Assembly (NCBI RefSeq): GCF_006345805.1 | Contig: NC_043004.1 | Location: 55,428,001 to 55,492,000, forward strand | DNA: 64,000 bases | Direction of reading: 5' to 3' | From: Octopus sinensis | Lineage: Eukaryota | Part shown: positions 26,101 through 39,319 of the stretch, piece by piece | Layout of the letters: the number at the start of each line of letters is the position of its first letter | Numbering within the stretch: the stretch's first letter is position 1 | Position numbers and translations under genes: made by a program | The notes under the pieces: model-generated | What the model was told of the DNA's origin: nothing | Database searches by the model: none | What the model saw: only the letters and a program-made list of their open reading frames with translations

Positions 26101-26797
26101 AAAAAGTCCTTGTAATAATGTTTTGTTTACTATTTTTCTTAAACTTGCAACACTTCCTGAGATATTGTCTATGAGAGTATGACAAATGATATTTAACGTT
26201 TTCATTAATTATAGTAAATTTTTCTTATTAATTATGCATTATACATCATATGAAGTATATAATGCTAATGTAACCATTGTTTTATATGACTTCTCATGTG
26301 AGAATTTCTCTTACTCAGTGCTCACAAATGTTCATTTCACAAATGTTCGCAAATTACGGACACAAAACATGTTCGTTGAATAATATCAAATAATAAATTG
26401 CAAATAATATTCCATATAAGAAATATTATAAGCAGCAATTTGAAGCGAAAAATTGAAACGGACCTTTTAATCAGGCCAACACTCTGTATATAGTTCCTGC
26501 TTGGAAACCATGTTACAGAGTACGATGCGAAGTGCCTTCTCCTCGAATTAAATATCATTTGTTTCTGGTATCTTAAGTGTACTATTTCATTGTATAAGCG
26601 AGGGAGAGGGAGAGACAGGGGGAGAGAGAGAAAGAGAGGTAGACAGACAGACAGACAGACAAACAGAGAGGCAGAGACAGAAGGAAAGAGACAAATAGAA
26701 ACTATTTTGAATAGTACCTTACCTGGTTATAAATAAGTAATACAACTACGTAGGCTGGATATATTACAGTTAACTGTCTTATAAACTGTGCATTATT

Positions 26798-27166
26798 GGG
26801 ATGGAAGCGCTCCGTCGGTTACGACGATGAGGGTTCCGGTTGATCCGAATCAACGGAACAGCCTGCTCGTGAAATTAACGTGTAAGTGGCTGAGCACTCC
26901 ACAGACACGTGTACCCTTAACGTAGTTCTCGGGGATATTTCAAAGGCCGGCCCTTTGAAATACAAGTACAACAGAAACAGGAAGTAAAAGTGAGAGAAAG
27001 TTGTGGTGAAAGAGTACAGCAGGGATCACCACCATCCCCTGCCGGAGCCACGTGGAGCTTTAGGTGTTTTCGCTCAATAAACACTCACAACGCCCGGTCT
27101 GGGAATCGAAACCGCGATCCTACGACCGCGAGTCCGCTGCCCTAACCACTGGGCCATTGCGCCTCC
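26798..27166 (-). mobile_element. SINE family A (tRNA-like head), with 63-bp flanking duplication
   Basis: Reverse complement of the 28402-28783 family with a short internal deletion; 26735-26797 is repeated at 27167-27229. Confidence 0.88.
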
Positions 27167-27362
27167 AAGTAATACATCTACGTAGGCTGGATATATTACA
27201 GTTAATTGTCTTATAAACTGTGCATTATTATACCTATACACAACTTGGTGGTCATGCACAAATTACAGTAAACTACTTACAGCTTAGAATAGTGGGCTGT
27301 TGATAGTTGAATATGCGTTCGGTTCTATAAATGGAAGTAACATAATCTGTTCTTAATTACAG

Positions 27363-27536
27363 ATACAAACCAGGGTCCTGTTACAAACCACCACAAATCC
27401 TCCGTGACACCTATTTCAACTGCTGTGGCTGTTACCGTAATGCTATTAATTTCACTCGGAATGTGTCTGGTGTGCACGAGACGGTTTCGATTCTCTATGA
27501 AGTTTGCATACTATCTTCAACCTTACGCAGATAAAG
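27363..27536 (+). CDS. EGF-TM-TIR receptor, exon 2 (stalk, transmembrane helix, juxtamembrane)
   Basis: Acceptor ttcttaattacAG (27361-27362) and donor aaaG|GTAAGT (27537); 174 nt, phase 1-1, open frame. It reads (D)TNQGPVTNHHKSSVTPISTAVAVTVMLLISLGMCLVCTRRFRFSMKFAYYLQPYADK: about 21 hydrophobic residues followed by a basic RRFR stop-transfer. Absent from the ORF track. Confidence 0.85.
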
Positions 27537-27646
27537 GTAAGTTTCATTAGTAATAACTGAAAGTTAACTTTTAGCCAATGGTGTGATGCTTTATAACTTC
27601 GATGCTGTGACTGTGTGTCCTGTATGTTATAGGTAAACAGCTCTCT

Positions 27647-27818
27647 TTACTCTTTTACTCTTTTACTTGTTTCAGTCAATTGACTGCGGCCATGCTGGAG
27701 CACCGCCTTTAGTCGAGAAACTCGGGACTTATTCTTTTTGTAAGCCCAGTACTTATTCTATCGGTCTCGTAAGCATCGGTTGTCAAGCAATGCTAGGGTA
27801 ACAAACACAGACACACAA

Positions 27819-27885
<67 letters not shown>

Positions 27886-28050
27886 TACGACAGGCTTCTT
27901 TCAGTTTCCGTCTACCAAATCCACTCACAAGGCATTGGTCGGCCCGGGGCTATAGCAGAAGACACTTGCCCAAGATGCCACGCAGTGGGACTGAACCCGG
28001 AACAATGTGGTTGGTTAGCAAGCTACTTACCACACAGCCACTCCTGCGCC
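27647..28050 (-). mobile_element. SINE family B with internal (TA)n(TG)n and a CR1-like 3' tail
   Basis: Head gcgcaggagtggctgtgtggtaag...gttcagtcccactg (A/B-box-like); tail gcggtgctccagcatggccgcagtc...(gtaaaaga)n. Other copies: ~31421-31790 (-), 47664-48077 (+), ~51058-51497 (-). Confidence 0.85.
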
Positions 28051-28401
28051 TATAATTTGGGTATTTAGAACAACTTTTTGTTCTAAAAGCTGGGTATTTA
28101 GAACAACTTTTTTTAACTATTGCTGCTGTGTGTCTCTGGGACAACCATAAAACAGACAGGCTCATGGTGCATAGACGGTGAGCCGAGTGAAAATGTATAA
28201 CTTTGTAGTTTGTTTTAAAGGGAGTCGATTCCAGGAAGGACTGTCGTTTGTCATGATATCCTTAATTTAGTTTTTGTGCAATAATGTACTTTAATCTAGT
28301 TAGACACCATTTTGCTCCTTCTGACATGTAGAGGTGAATCATATATAATACAGTATTGCAGTCAAGTCTATGAATGTTATACTCAGTCTATTGCCCATAG
28401 T

Positions 28402-28783
28402 GGAGGCGCAATGGCCCAGTGGTTAGGGCAGCGGACTCGCGGTCATAGGATCGCGGTTTCGATTCCCAGACCGGGCGTTGTGAGTGTTTATTGAGCGAAA
28501 ACACCTAAAGCTCCACGAGGCTCCGGCAGGGGATGGTGGTGATCCCTGCTGTACTCTTTCACCACAACTTTCTCTCACTCTTACTTCCTGTTTCTGTTGT
28601 ACCTGTATTTCAAAAGGCCGGCCTTGTCACTCTCTGTGTCATGCTGAATATCCCCGAGAATTACGTTAAGGGTACACGTGTCTGTGGAGTGCTCAGCCAC
28701 TTACACGTTAATTTCACGAGCACGCCGTTCCGTTGATCGGATCAACCGGAACCCTCATCGTCGTAACCGACGGAGTGCTTCCA
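28402..28783 (+). mobile_element. SINE family A, full-length tRNA-headed copy
   Basis: ggaggcgcaatggcccagtggttagggcagcggactcgcgg...gtttcgattccc has Pol III A and B boxes; 12-bp TSD tctattgcccat (28387-28398 / 28784-28795). Confidence 0.9.
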
Positions 28784-29219
28784 TCTATTGCCCATTCTAA
28801 TTCAGTTGGTTTTGTTAGTGTCTACAACAGAAGCAGTCAAAGCGAATGCAGTCCGAATGTGATAGCCGCTGCACTGCTTCACAAATTATTGGCATTGTGT
28901 ATTCCACTACTGTGTTTGAGGCTAATACCGCTGATTATTTTGCTGCTGTGTTACTGTGATTGCTTCGGTTTTTCTTTTTAATCAAGTAGGTTAGGTCTGG
29001 GGTTCTCAGTATACTGTTGTATTAGATTTCTGATGTCTGTAGAGGCGTGGATGCTTGCCGTGACAGGGACGTCAAAGAATAGGCTTTTCTGCAATAGCAA
29101 AGTGGTTTGTAATTGAGAATTTTGGTTTCGTTCTGTAGACAGTCTATGGAATAGATCTCTGCACAAACTGTAATGTTTATCAAGTACACCGTTTTGAATT
29201 CTTTGTGGTTTATTACAAA

Positions 29220-29611
29220 TTAGCAGTATCGCCCGGCGTTGCGCGGGTTTGTTTCGACCCTTTAGAATTGGAATTTTTGAGGAGTAAAACGTTCGCATTA
29301 TGTAGCTTGTTATTCTCTTTAAGTGAACATTTTTCTGGTTGAAATACACCGAAAAACGGCGACACAGCAGTGAAAAAATAGTAAAAAATAGGGATTATCG
29401 TAGAAAAAATGTACCTTTTTGATGTAAATAATTTTTGGTGTTAACATGGTCCGATTTGAATTTTATCTTCTACGGAATGAAGAGCAAGCCTTCTTCTATC
29501 ATACTCTCAATTTTGGTCAAATTACGTCGCAGGGTCTCGGAGGAGATAGTGTTAGTTGAAGGCTACCAAACCTGCTACACACAGACAACTTCAGCTTTAT
29601 ATATATATAGA
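29220..29611 (-). mobile_element. Non-autonomous Helitron (related termini to 21725-22119)
   Basis: Same tagcagtatcgcccggcgttg terminus with hairpin (CTAA instead of CTAG on the minus strand) and a 5' TC in atatagat. Confidence 0.7.
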
Positions 29612-29731
29612 TTGACTGGGTCTAAGGAAAGACTGGATAACCTTAAATGCACTGTTTGAGGATTAATGTAGTGTCTTTTTTAGAGAAAGAAATATATGAC
29701 TTAGTGATATCAAAGATAAGTCATTCTAGAA

Positions 29732-29762
<31 letters not shown>

Positions 29763-30144
29763 GGCTGACATTTCTGTATGAAGTTACTTTGCTTGGGTTT
29801 TGATAGACTATTATGATTTCCCTCAGTTTCTGAATTCCGAGAAGTTGGCATATAATCGCAGATATTGGCGAAGGCAGTGATGATTCTTTCCGGTGAACTA
29901 TATTTTGTGTACATGTTCGTGGATTTGTTTGGAAATTAAAAATTTCAAGCATAGTGATTTCCATATTCCCTTTCTGGTGTGATATAAAGAAAGGGGTCAG
30001 AGTCTTGGTTGGATGAATATTTCAAAGTCGACCCAAGTGAACTGTGATCAAGTGGTTTTGTAGCACACAGATAGACAGACGAACGATATATTATTGTGGA
30101 ATGCGATCATAAGTACAACAACCAAATCACTAGGACATAGATAC

Positions 30145-30220
<76 letters not shown>

Positions 30221-30455
30221 AATATGTTACATTACTCGATAGTCAAGATAAAACTCTGAGTTTCAGATGCCGAAGTGGGAAATAGCCAGATAACCGAAGA
30301 GATGGTGTTGTGGATTCCCACTTCGGCATCTGAAACTCAGAGTTTTATCTTGACTATCGAGTAATGTAACATATTATTTTATAGATAAATTTCCTCTATT
30401 TACATAATATTGAGGTCTCTTTCTTTCTTTTGTTATCTTACCGGTTTACCAATAT

Positions 30456-30520
<65 letters not shown>

Positions 30521-30524
<4 letters not shown>

Positions 30525-31293
30525 TGCCTGACCAATAAGTATCTTGACTGTTGCCATAGTAACGAAGGTAAAGTACGTAGAGTGAAGCCGCTTAGTACAG
30601 ATTGACCCTAAACTATGTTGCACATGCGCGCTAAGTTTTAAAAGTCTAGCTCACTTCCGCTTGGAAGAAACGTGTGTAAAGTGTGATCGTCGCATTGACC
30701 ATGGCCATGAAAGCTGAGCAGAGAATCTGCATCGATTTTTGCCAAAAGCTCCTCGATACCTGCTCAGAGGCCTACTGAAACCCGAGTGTCTTCTTGGTCA
30801 GCTGAAAGCTATTTTTGCACAAACTTGGCAGACTCGCGTCTCATACCCAAATCTTCAGTGATAATGGAATGAACTGAACCGTAACTAATCTGCGCATCCT
30901 CTGATAACTCACGGATGGTGATTCGACGATTTCCCCTCACAGCTGCACGCACATCTGCGATGTTTTTCTCAGTTCTGCTGGTTGTGGGTCTCCCAGAAAC
31001 ATCTTTTCGGCTCATACACTCCTCTCCACTTTCTGAAACTTTGCGTAGGCCTTTGAGCAGGTATCTCCAAGCTTTTGGCTAAATTTGATGCAGATTCATG
31101 GTCAATGCGACGATCACACGCTACACACGTTACTTCCAAGTACTGCTGTAAACAGCGGAAGTGAGCTAGAACGTTAAATCTTAGTGTGCATGTCCAGCAG
31201 AGTTCAAGGTCACTTTTTGCCCAGCGGATTCACCCTGCATGCTTTAGCATCGTTATTATGGTAACAGTCCGGATACTTATTGATCAGATCTCG
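30521..31293. mobile_element. Mariner derivative built from two inverted 5' ends
   Basis: ~30521-30776 is an imperfect inverted repeat of ~31045-31293. The minus strand encodes a mariner HTH (SGRPTTSRTEKNI..VR...RRITIRELSE..QISYGSVHSIITEDLGMRR.SAKFV). Flanked by (TA)n. Confidence 0.75.
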
Positions 31294-31308
31294 TATATAT
31301 ATATATAT

Positions 31309-31339
<31 letters not shown>

Positions 31340-31378
31340 CGAGATCTGATCAATAAGTATATATATAATATATATATA

Positions 31379-31417
<39 letters not shown>

Positions 31418-31637
31418 CACTCTTTTACTCCTTTACTTATTTCAGTTATTTGACTGTGGCCATGGTGTATCACCACCTTTAGTCGAGTAAATCAACCCAG
31501 GATTTATTCTTTGTAAGCTTAGTACTTATTCTATCGTTCTCTTTTGCCGAACCGCTAAGTTACGGGGACGTAAGCACCCCAGCATCGGTTGTCAGGCGAT
31601 GTTGTGGGGGACACACACAGACACACAAACATACACA

Positions 31638-31703
<66 letters not shown>

Positions 31704-31793
31704 GACGGGCTTCTTTCAGTTTCTGCCTACAAAATCCACTCACAAGGCTTTGGTCGGCCCGAGACTATACTAGAAGACAGTTGCCCCCCTCCC

Positions 31794-31834
<41 letters not shown>

Positions 31835-31837
<3 letters not shown>

Positions 31838-32372
31838 TGGGATGTCCGATGTAGCCTGATCCATGATGTTGGTCTTCTCGAGGCTGATAACTAAGCCAAA
31901 GTCGCTACATGCTTGCCGTATGGAAGATGGCAGAATCCCCAAGGACGTACTCTATGGAGAGCTTGCTAGGGGCACTAGGTCTGTGGGAAGACCGGTCTTA
32001 CGATACAAGGATGTTTGGAAAAATGGACATGAAGGCCTGCGGCATCAATATTAGCAACTGGGAAGTAGTTGCCAGCAACCGTGAGGATTGGCGACGTACC
32101 GAAAAAGAGGGAACACAAAGGAGTGACAGAGGGAGAGAGGAGAAATGGAAAGACACGAAAAGACGTCAACAAGAAACTAGGACATTACAACGAGTCAGGC
32201 AAAGTCTTCGCTACATTTGCAGCACCTGCCAGAGGGAGTCTTTGTCCAGGATATGACTACACAGCCACAGCAGGAGATGTATTAGTAAATGAAATGTAAA
32301 AGCCGGACTAGATTAAATCTATGCGCAATTCCATTGTCTCCCGAGACAAAAAGGATGTCAACAACAACAATA
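31835..32372 (+). mobile_element. RTE-clade LINE 3' end with an inverted 5' RT piece
   Basis: Plus strand from 31916 reads CRMEDGRIPKDVLYGELARGTRSVGRPVLRYKDV...W...A.NREDWR, with a (CAA)n tail. 31835-31915 encodes QACSDFGLVISLEKTNIM on the minus strand. Confidence 0.8.
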
Positions 32373-32376
32373 TATA

Positions 32377-32424
<48 letters not shown>

Positions 32425-32719
32425 ATACTTTCTAAATATCTCAGAGAGATTTATGCAGTAGTGGTACGATAAAGTACCATGAGGACATGAGGAAATGTGT
32501 CAAGGCCGACAGGAAGCGTTGCTTCTTCCCAGGCTAAATAGCAGTAGTATGATTCCCTTCGTGGGACCGTCACATTAAGTTGACATTATACAACTGCTTT
32601 ATCGTACCACTACTGCATAAATCTATGTGTTATTTCTATTTTTGCATATTATGACTGTCTGGCTTTACGTACTGAGTTCAAATTCTGCCGAGGTCGACTT
32701 TACTTTTCGTCCTTTCGGA

Positions 32720-33830
32720 GTCGTGCCTCTGTTGCACATGTTCCATACTTATGTGCCAACCACGGTCTCCATTGGGAAATAGTATTGGATAAATCATAGG
32801 ATCTGAATGCTGCGGGAGATATGATATTTGTTGATATTCACCTCGTAGATATATAACTATATCACAATGAACTGGAGGTGTACCATCTTCACCTAAAAAT
32901 ACAGCTGCAATTTCATTATTAACAGGGTTATTGTATCTCCTGGCATCTGGGCCTGATATGAAATGCATAGTTACTTTCTTAGGATTAACATTTTCTCGGC
33001 TGCTTTTTTTTCTTCTTGTTCAACAGTGCGCATATTTAAATATGCTGCAGTATAAGGATTATTCAGCATGACTGAAGAAGTTTTTTCCATTACTGACTGC
33101 AAGCAATTAATATCTTCAGGAACTTCAACTCTTGTTTGTAAGGCTTCTTTGGACTCAACAATATAGAGTTGAACATATCTTCTAGGTTCATTGTTTTCAG
33201 GATGTACGTTGCTTGTCCTTGCAAGCGGAAACAGTATGGGCCACGACCAGGGGATGATGTAATATTGGCTCCAAGAGAGGGGAATGAATGCATTGAATTA
33301 TAGTTTCTGATGTTCTGCCTAAAGCTCATTCCTTCAACGTCGGTATTCTCCAAAAGTTGTTTTAACTGGCCAGGAAATTCTTGTAGATTCGGCAAGGAAA
33401 CCTTACCATTATGGCAACAATTAATAGCTTACCGCAGAAATCTACGTGCATGACAGTGTGGGCAAACGTTCATCTCACCAGTTGTAAATTGAGAATTTTG
33501 ATGTTCTTTTATTATATTCCGTCTTCTTATTTGAGCTCTGTCTATCATAAGATAATTCTGTGTTTCAGCTTCTTCCATATTTTTCCTTCTTTCTTGAACT
33601 ACGTTTCTCTTATCTTGAAAGTAATTCTGCCTTTCATCTTCGTCCATATGTTGTCTTCTTTTTTGAACTCTGTTTCTCATATTTTCTAAGTACAGCTGCC
33701 TTTTCTCTTGACTATGTTGATTTCTATCTCTCTTATTTTGAAAATACACTTCTCTTTAGTCCTGGCTCATCGTTCTATCCTTTGCTGGTTTATTTCCTTC
33801 CTATCCCGTAGGATACGTTCCCCCTCTTCT
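32720..33830 (-). mobile_element. Helitron Rep/helicase N-terminal fragment, degenerate
   Basis: GEMNVCPHCHARRF, FRQNIRNYNSMHSF.SLGA...PGRGPYCFRLQGQ and DARRYNNP..NEIAAVF.GEDG.PP...DPMIYPILFPNGDRGW are characteristic Helitron RepHel N-terminal motifs. Confidence 0.85.
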
Positions 33831-34108
33831 TGACTTATTTCGTTTCTTCTGTGTCTAATCCTCGCGCGATTTTTGCCCCTTATTTCCTCCTGTTGGTCCT
33901 CGCACAATCATTCTCCTTCAAGTGCTGCGTCTCTCATGTGATTATCCATATTTCAAAACTTGCTATTAAAACAATAAGTCTCCAAAATGATTCACCGTGC
34001 TTCAACTGGAAAACATATACGTATGTATTAGTGTTTATTTCCACCACGCGACACTTATTATCGCAAACAAGTTTTAACTAACCCAAACTATACACCCACA
34101 CAAATACA

Positions 34109-34161
<53 letters not shown>

Positions 34162-34266
34162 ATAAAAATGGTTAGACAACAAAAGAAAGAAAGAAGAGAC
34201 CTCTATATTATGTAAATAGAGGAATTTATCTGTAAATGTAATATGTGACAATTATTCGGTAGCCAT

Positions 34267-34327
34267 GATAAAACTCCGAGTTTCGGATGCCGAGGTGCAA
34301 ATCCACGCCGCCATCTCTTCAGTTATC
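34267..34327 (-). ncRNA. Hammerhead ribozyme-like motif
   Basis: Minus strand: GAUAA-CUGAAGA-GAUG(loop)CAUC-C-GAAACU(CGG)AGUU-UUAUC; helix I GAUAA/UUAUC; GUU triplet. Confidence 0.65.
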
Positions 34328-34805
34328 TGGCCACCGGAAAAATACTATGAAAAATGACCGTTATACAAAGGGAAATTACTGTGTGATTGACTGTTATTAA
34401 AACAAAAGAGCTATTTGAATGACCGCTAAGTGAGGGGAGGGAGTAAAAGTAAGGGGGCGGAAAAGTTCATAGTATTCGTGTGGGCGTGCATGTTCATACT
34501 TACACATGCGCGCTCACACACCCACAAGCATGTGCCTAAAAGTATACACTCATCCACCCTCACTTTAAGCATACACATCCTCACCCGCACCATTCGCCAT
34601 ATATATATATATATATACACCTCCCCCACACACACTATAAAGGTTTATACACACATCTATATACGAGCCCCCTTACACCTTGTTTCTGCATTGTTACCCT
34701 TAGCCCTGTTTTTTCTTGTGCTTGTGCGTATATAGATGTGTGTATGAACCTTTATGGTGCGTCTGTGTGTGTGTGTTGGGGGGTGTTTGTGTGTGTATAT
34801 ATATA

Positions 34806-36170
34806 TATACACATATATTAAATTAGAGATAAAACCACTATCAGGCAAATCAAACAGTGAAAAACATAAGCCAATACATAAAATTAATTTAAAAATATAA
34901 AAGTTAAAAATTAAAAAATTATTAAAATAATTTAAACTTATAATTTTTAAATATATATATACAAATATATATATATATATGTATGTATATTTTTATATTT
35001 ATATATTATTTTGTTTATTAATTAATTAATTAATTAATTAATTAATTTATTTATTTATAAATATCAAAAGTATTATATTTTTAATAAAAGATAAAGAGTA
35101 AAACACTACGATCGTTTCATGGCTGTACCAATTCGAATAACAATAATTTAAATTCAGTTAATAATTCGAGTTATGGTTACAGTCAATCTTCAGGTTAATT
35201 GAAATATTTAAAAAATAATCAGAAATATTTAAACAATATTTTTAGATATAAATAATATAATAATTTTACTTATAATAAACTCTATTATCAAACTAGAAAC
35301 TTAAAACTTAATAATTATGATTATATCAAAATCGATTATAATGTTAATATTAATTTTAATTTTTAAGGTAAGAAACCCACCGATAATCTAATGTCAGTAA
35401 TAGTCTATATCTAATTACATAAATAAAAAATAAAAAATGACTATTATATATAAAAAAATTATCAATGGATATATATAAATGTATATGAATATTATAATTA
35501 AGATCTAAAATAATCTCTATAAATAAATATATATGCACATATAATAAAGACCTAATAAATTAATATTTCATATTTAAAGATGAAATATCTAAATTCAAAA
35601 ATACAAACAAACAAACTTAAACGAACTTTCGGAAATCTTATTTAAAATACTTATAGAAATAATCAATTCGTAGTTATATAGTATCGAATAAATACTATAA
35701 ATACTATAGATATATTTATCAATGGCAAATATCAATTTAAAAAGACAATAACTAAGTTATGCTATTAAGTTAGACATGGCCTGGACCAATCTTTGGTCGA
35801 AACATATCTAAGTTTATCTAATTTTAATTATAAGAAATTTAAAACTACAATTAATACTATTAATACATGTATATACATAAATGTAACTTTAGACAACTTG
35901 TAATCTTGCTATCAAACAACATATCTATCGCTAAGTAATATCTTACGAATAAACTTAAATTTAATATCTAATAATAATATAGAAAATTACGATAATTAGA
36001 TCATTACATAAACAACAATATTTACATAAGAAAAATATTATTACACCAAAGACTTATAAATACTAAAATTTACAATTTAAAGATGTTAAATATAAATAAA
36101 TACTTATCTTAGCGAGGTTTAGCAATGAACTAAAATTTTGAATCGGAAAACGTCTTTACAGCGTTTATAA
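34806..36170 (-). mobile_element. Very AT-rich (TA)n-adjacent repeat carrying a degenerate hammerhead (35101-35199)
   Basis: Shares its terminus (aaattagagataaaaccacta..gcaaatcaaaca) and the cttagcgag...acagcgttta block with ~61118-61355 and ~52860-52930. Core CUGAAGA...GAAACGAUCGUA on the minus strand, with a mismatched helix I. Confidence 0.55.
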
Positions 36171-37959
36171 GAATACTCGTGGAATTACGTTATTAGCAAA
36201 AAAAAAAGAATAAATTGTTGAAGAATTCATTAAGCGTGAGGAACAAATACGCTTTATCAATGAAGATTGTAAATGGGAATAGTAATGGTTTTAAAAGTGT
36301 ATATAGAATGAAGTCACAGATAAAGAATAAAATCACTCTATACTATAAGATTTATTAATAAAATAACTATGATAAATAATAGTTAATACAGAATAAACTA
36401 AATAATTTAAATGATAAAAAACCACTAATTATTAATTATACTCTAAAAATCTTATATGATTAATAAATATATAAAAAAAATTTATTATAGTAACCCCTCA
36501 ACGTCTTTCCCATACACTTATAATTATAAGCTAAAATTAGTGATCATAACCAAAATCTATAAAATACTTATCAAAATTTGCGGTATAACTATACATACGT
36601 ATACACATATATATAAATATACTTGTTGCAAAGACCCTTATTGTTATAATTATATAATTTCTGAAAGATTTATTTTAGATATCAACTCTTTGCTTTTCTT
36701 TTTTCTTGCGTTTTTAATTTTTTTATTTTCTAATTTGATGTCTCTACTAAGAAGGGGAATGCATGCTTCTGATGACACTGAAACGGATGAGATAAAAATA
36801 AAGATGAAATTCATTTATAGACTAATAGTTCTCAAATGTTCTTAAAAATGTGTGGGTCCTTAAAGGCTTTTTTTATATTCCCATGTTGATAAAGTGATTA
36901 TTACGAAAGTAATTTTTTGAGGGGAGTGTCAGAAAGGTCAGTGACAATTTGCACTGCTGCTTCATTTTGACACAAAACCCTTTAAAATTTGATGTAATGA
37001 GAGAAAGTAGAATTCTCTTGTTTTGCCGATCGGAAATCCTATTTCACATAAATACGTGGCCGGAAATAGAAGTGCTTTAAAAGCATATTCTATCACCTAC
37101 ACAATCGCCGCCGCCGTCGCCACCACAACAATCATCACGCTCTTCACAATCATCTTCGTCGTCGTCGTCGTCGTCGTCGTCATCATCATCATCATCATCA
37201 CGATAGTGTTTTTGTATTTCTTGTAGAACATGGGCTTTTGACGAGTCTTCCAATGCTCTCTGTCCCGTGATTTTCTTTTCACGTGCTTTCATATCATTCC
37301 ATCGGGTGCTTCATTTCATTCCTTTTTTGCAATGTGATTCGAGCCTCGTTATCCATGTCATTCTTCACATGTGATTTTCGGACGTCTCCCCTGGGTTCAA
37401 CTCTAAAGTGGCTTTCATTTCTCTCCAGTACTGCTAATTGTCGCAAAAGAATTGATAATACTTCCATTTGTGTAACTCAAAACAATACATTCTCTCATTA
37501 AAATAGATTTGATTTCTTCGCTTTAGCTAAATGTGTGTAATGTTGCTGTTATTGTTTTCGTTTATATTATCGATAAAAATTTTCATACTGACGTTTTTTA
37601 ACAGCTGTAACAGCATTTACTTTTCATGTGCAATGCACAAGTCGAGCTGTGAAATTAAATATGTTCTTTTTCGATTGGTTATATAATTTGTTCCCTGTGC
37701 ATTTAAATAATTGTTCATATTTTCGAAGGGTCATTTTTCGTTTAAATTTTGAGTTTAAATTTCAACAGGAACAGGAAAATAATATGTCCACAGAGATGAA
37801 ATCTTATGTCTTCTCGGTATAGGGTGGGCGTACATCTTCCATAAGGTCTTCTGTCCGAATATTACCCCCAAAGCAAATATTCTCTTTCTGTTGTGCTTGA
37901 TAAAATATCTTTAATCTTTCGTGTAAAGTGAAAACGTATCTGATCGCAGAAGCATTCAT

Positions 37960-38004
37960 TAATAATAATAATAATGATGATAATAATAATAATAATACTA
38001 ATAC

Positions 38005-38051
<47 letters not shown>

Positions 38052-38065
38052 TAATAATAATGATG

Positions 38066-38104
<39 letters not shown>

Positions 38105-38130
38105 TAATAATAATAATAAAGATAATAATG

Positions 38131-38176
<46 letters not shown>

Positions 38177-38191
38177 TGATGATGATGATGA

Positions 38192-38278
<87 letters not shown>

Positions 38279-38305
38279 GAAGAAGAAGAAGAAGAAGAAG
38301 AAGTT
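37960..38305. repeat. Compound (AAT)n/(GAT)n/(TAG)n/(AAG)n microsatellite
   Basis: Direct reading; source of homopolymeric pseudo-ORFs. Confidence 0.95.
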
Positions 38306-39230
38306 CTTTTATCGATCTCAAGGATCCAAGTGAACACTACATAAGAACGAAATACAAATAATGTTGATAATAGTTATAACCTTTTACAGATAAAAAGTGA
38401 TTGCTCGGGCTTATTATTCTCCAAATAAACGAAGTTAACCCTTGAGGAAGCAAAAAATACTCTTTTCTGCTAAAAATAAAACTTTAGATTCAAGAGGGAA
38501 ATTATTTTTGAAAGTATAGGAAATCGCAAGCTTGTCAGTTTCCAAATTTTTGTCACATATTGGAGAAATCCGGATATCGGCCGAGTTCATCGTGAGAACC
38601 GCATCACCACTGCCTTTAACAAGGCGAGGCAGGTGGTGATCCTCTGTTGGCTATGGCGAAATTTGTGTAGGGAATGAGGCTGAAAATATTGAAGGTAGAC
38701 ATTTTCCACTTCGATCAAACCCTCATTGACTAAGTTCTAGTTAGCAAATGAGGGTGAAGGAAATGTTCTCCCCTATTAAATTGGTCAATAGATGGGTGAT
38801 TGGCAAAATTGACCGCACAAAATATGTGTCTGTAGATTGCACAAGTGTTATAACCTCACACCTATTATTTACAATACGTGTAATGGATGAAATATGCGTA
38901 CAGTTCCTTGCGCATGCGTACAGTTCCTTGCGATGCCTCTCTTTATGTGAGGTAAGTGAAAGAAATCCTCCTCATCATCTTCATCATCACCACCACCATC
39001 ATGATCATGTAAATACTGTTAGTGAGGTGATAAGTGGAGGGTGGAGTAACTTAACACATATGAAACGTAATTCCGCTAAAATGTTTGGCTATTCCTAAAA
39101 AGGATAATTTATATTCATTTCATTACTCTTCTTCTTCTTCTTCTTCTTCTTCTTCTTCTTCTTCTTCTTCTTCTTCTTCTTTTCACCATCATCATCATCA
39201 TCATCATCATCGTCGTCGTCGTCGTCGTCG

Positions 39231-39270
<40 letters not shown>

Positions 39271-39275
39271 TATTG

Positions 39276-39309
<34 letters not shown>

Positions 39310-39319
<10 letters not shown>

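Noticed and set aside
28402-28475. tRNA-like sequences (also 60595-60670 and 27095-27166)
   Set aside because: SINE heads that continue into conserved SINE bodies with TSDs; no complete cloverleaf.
28733-28981. Hydrophobic ORF (LLALCIPLLCLRLIPLIILLLCYC) considered as the receptor TM exon
   Set aside because: It starts inside a SINE and has no good donor site. The exon at 27363-27536 has consensus splice sites, correct phases and a basic stop-transfer.
36880-37830. Possible degenerate DNA-transposon ORF on the minus strand (RVEPRGDVRKS)
   Set aside because: Too fragmented to assign; no TIRs or catalytic motif could be verified.
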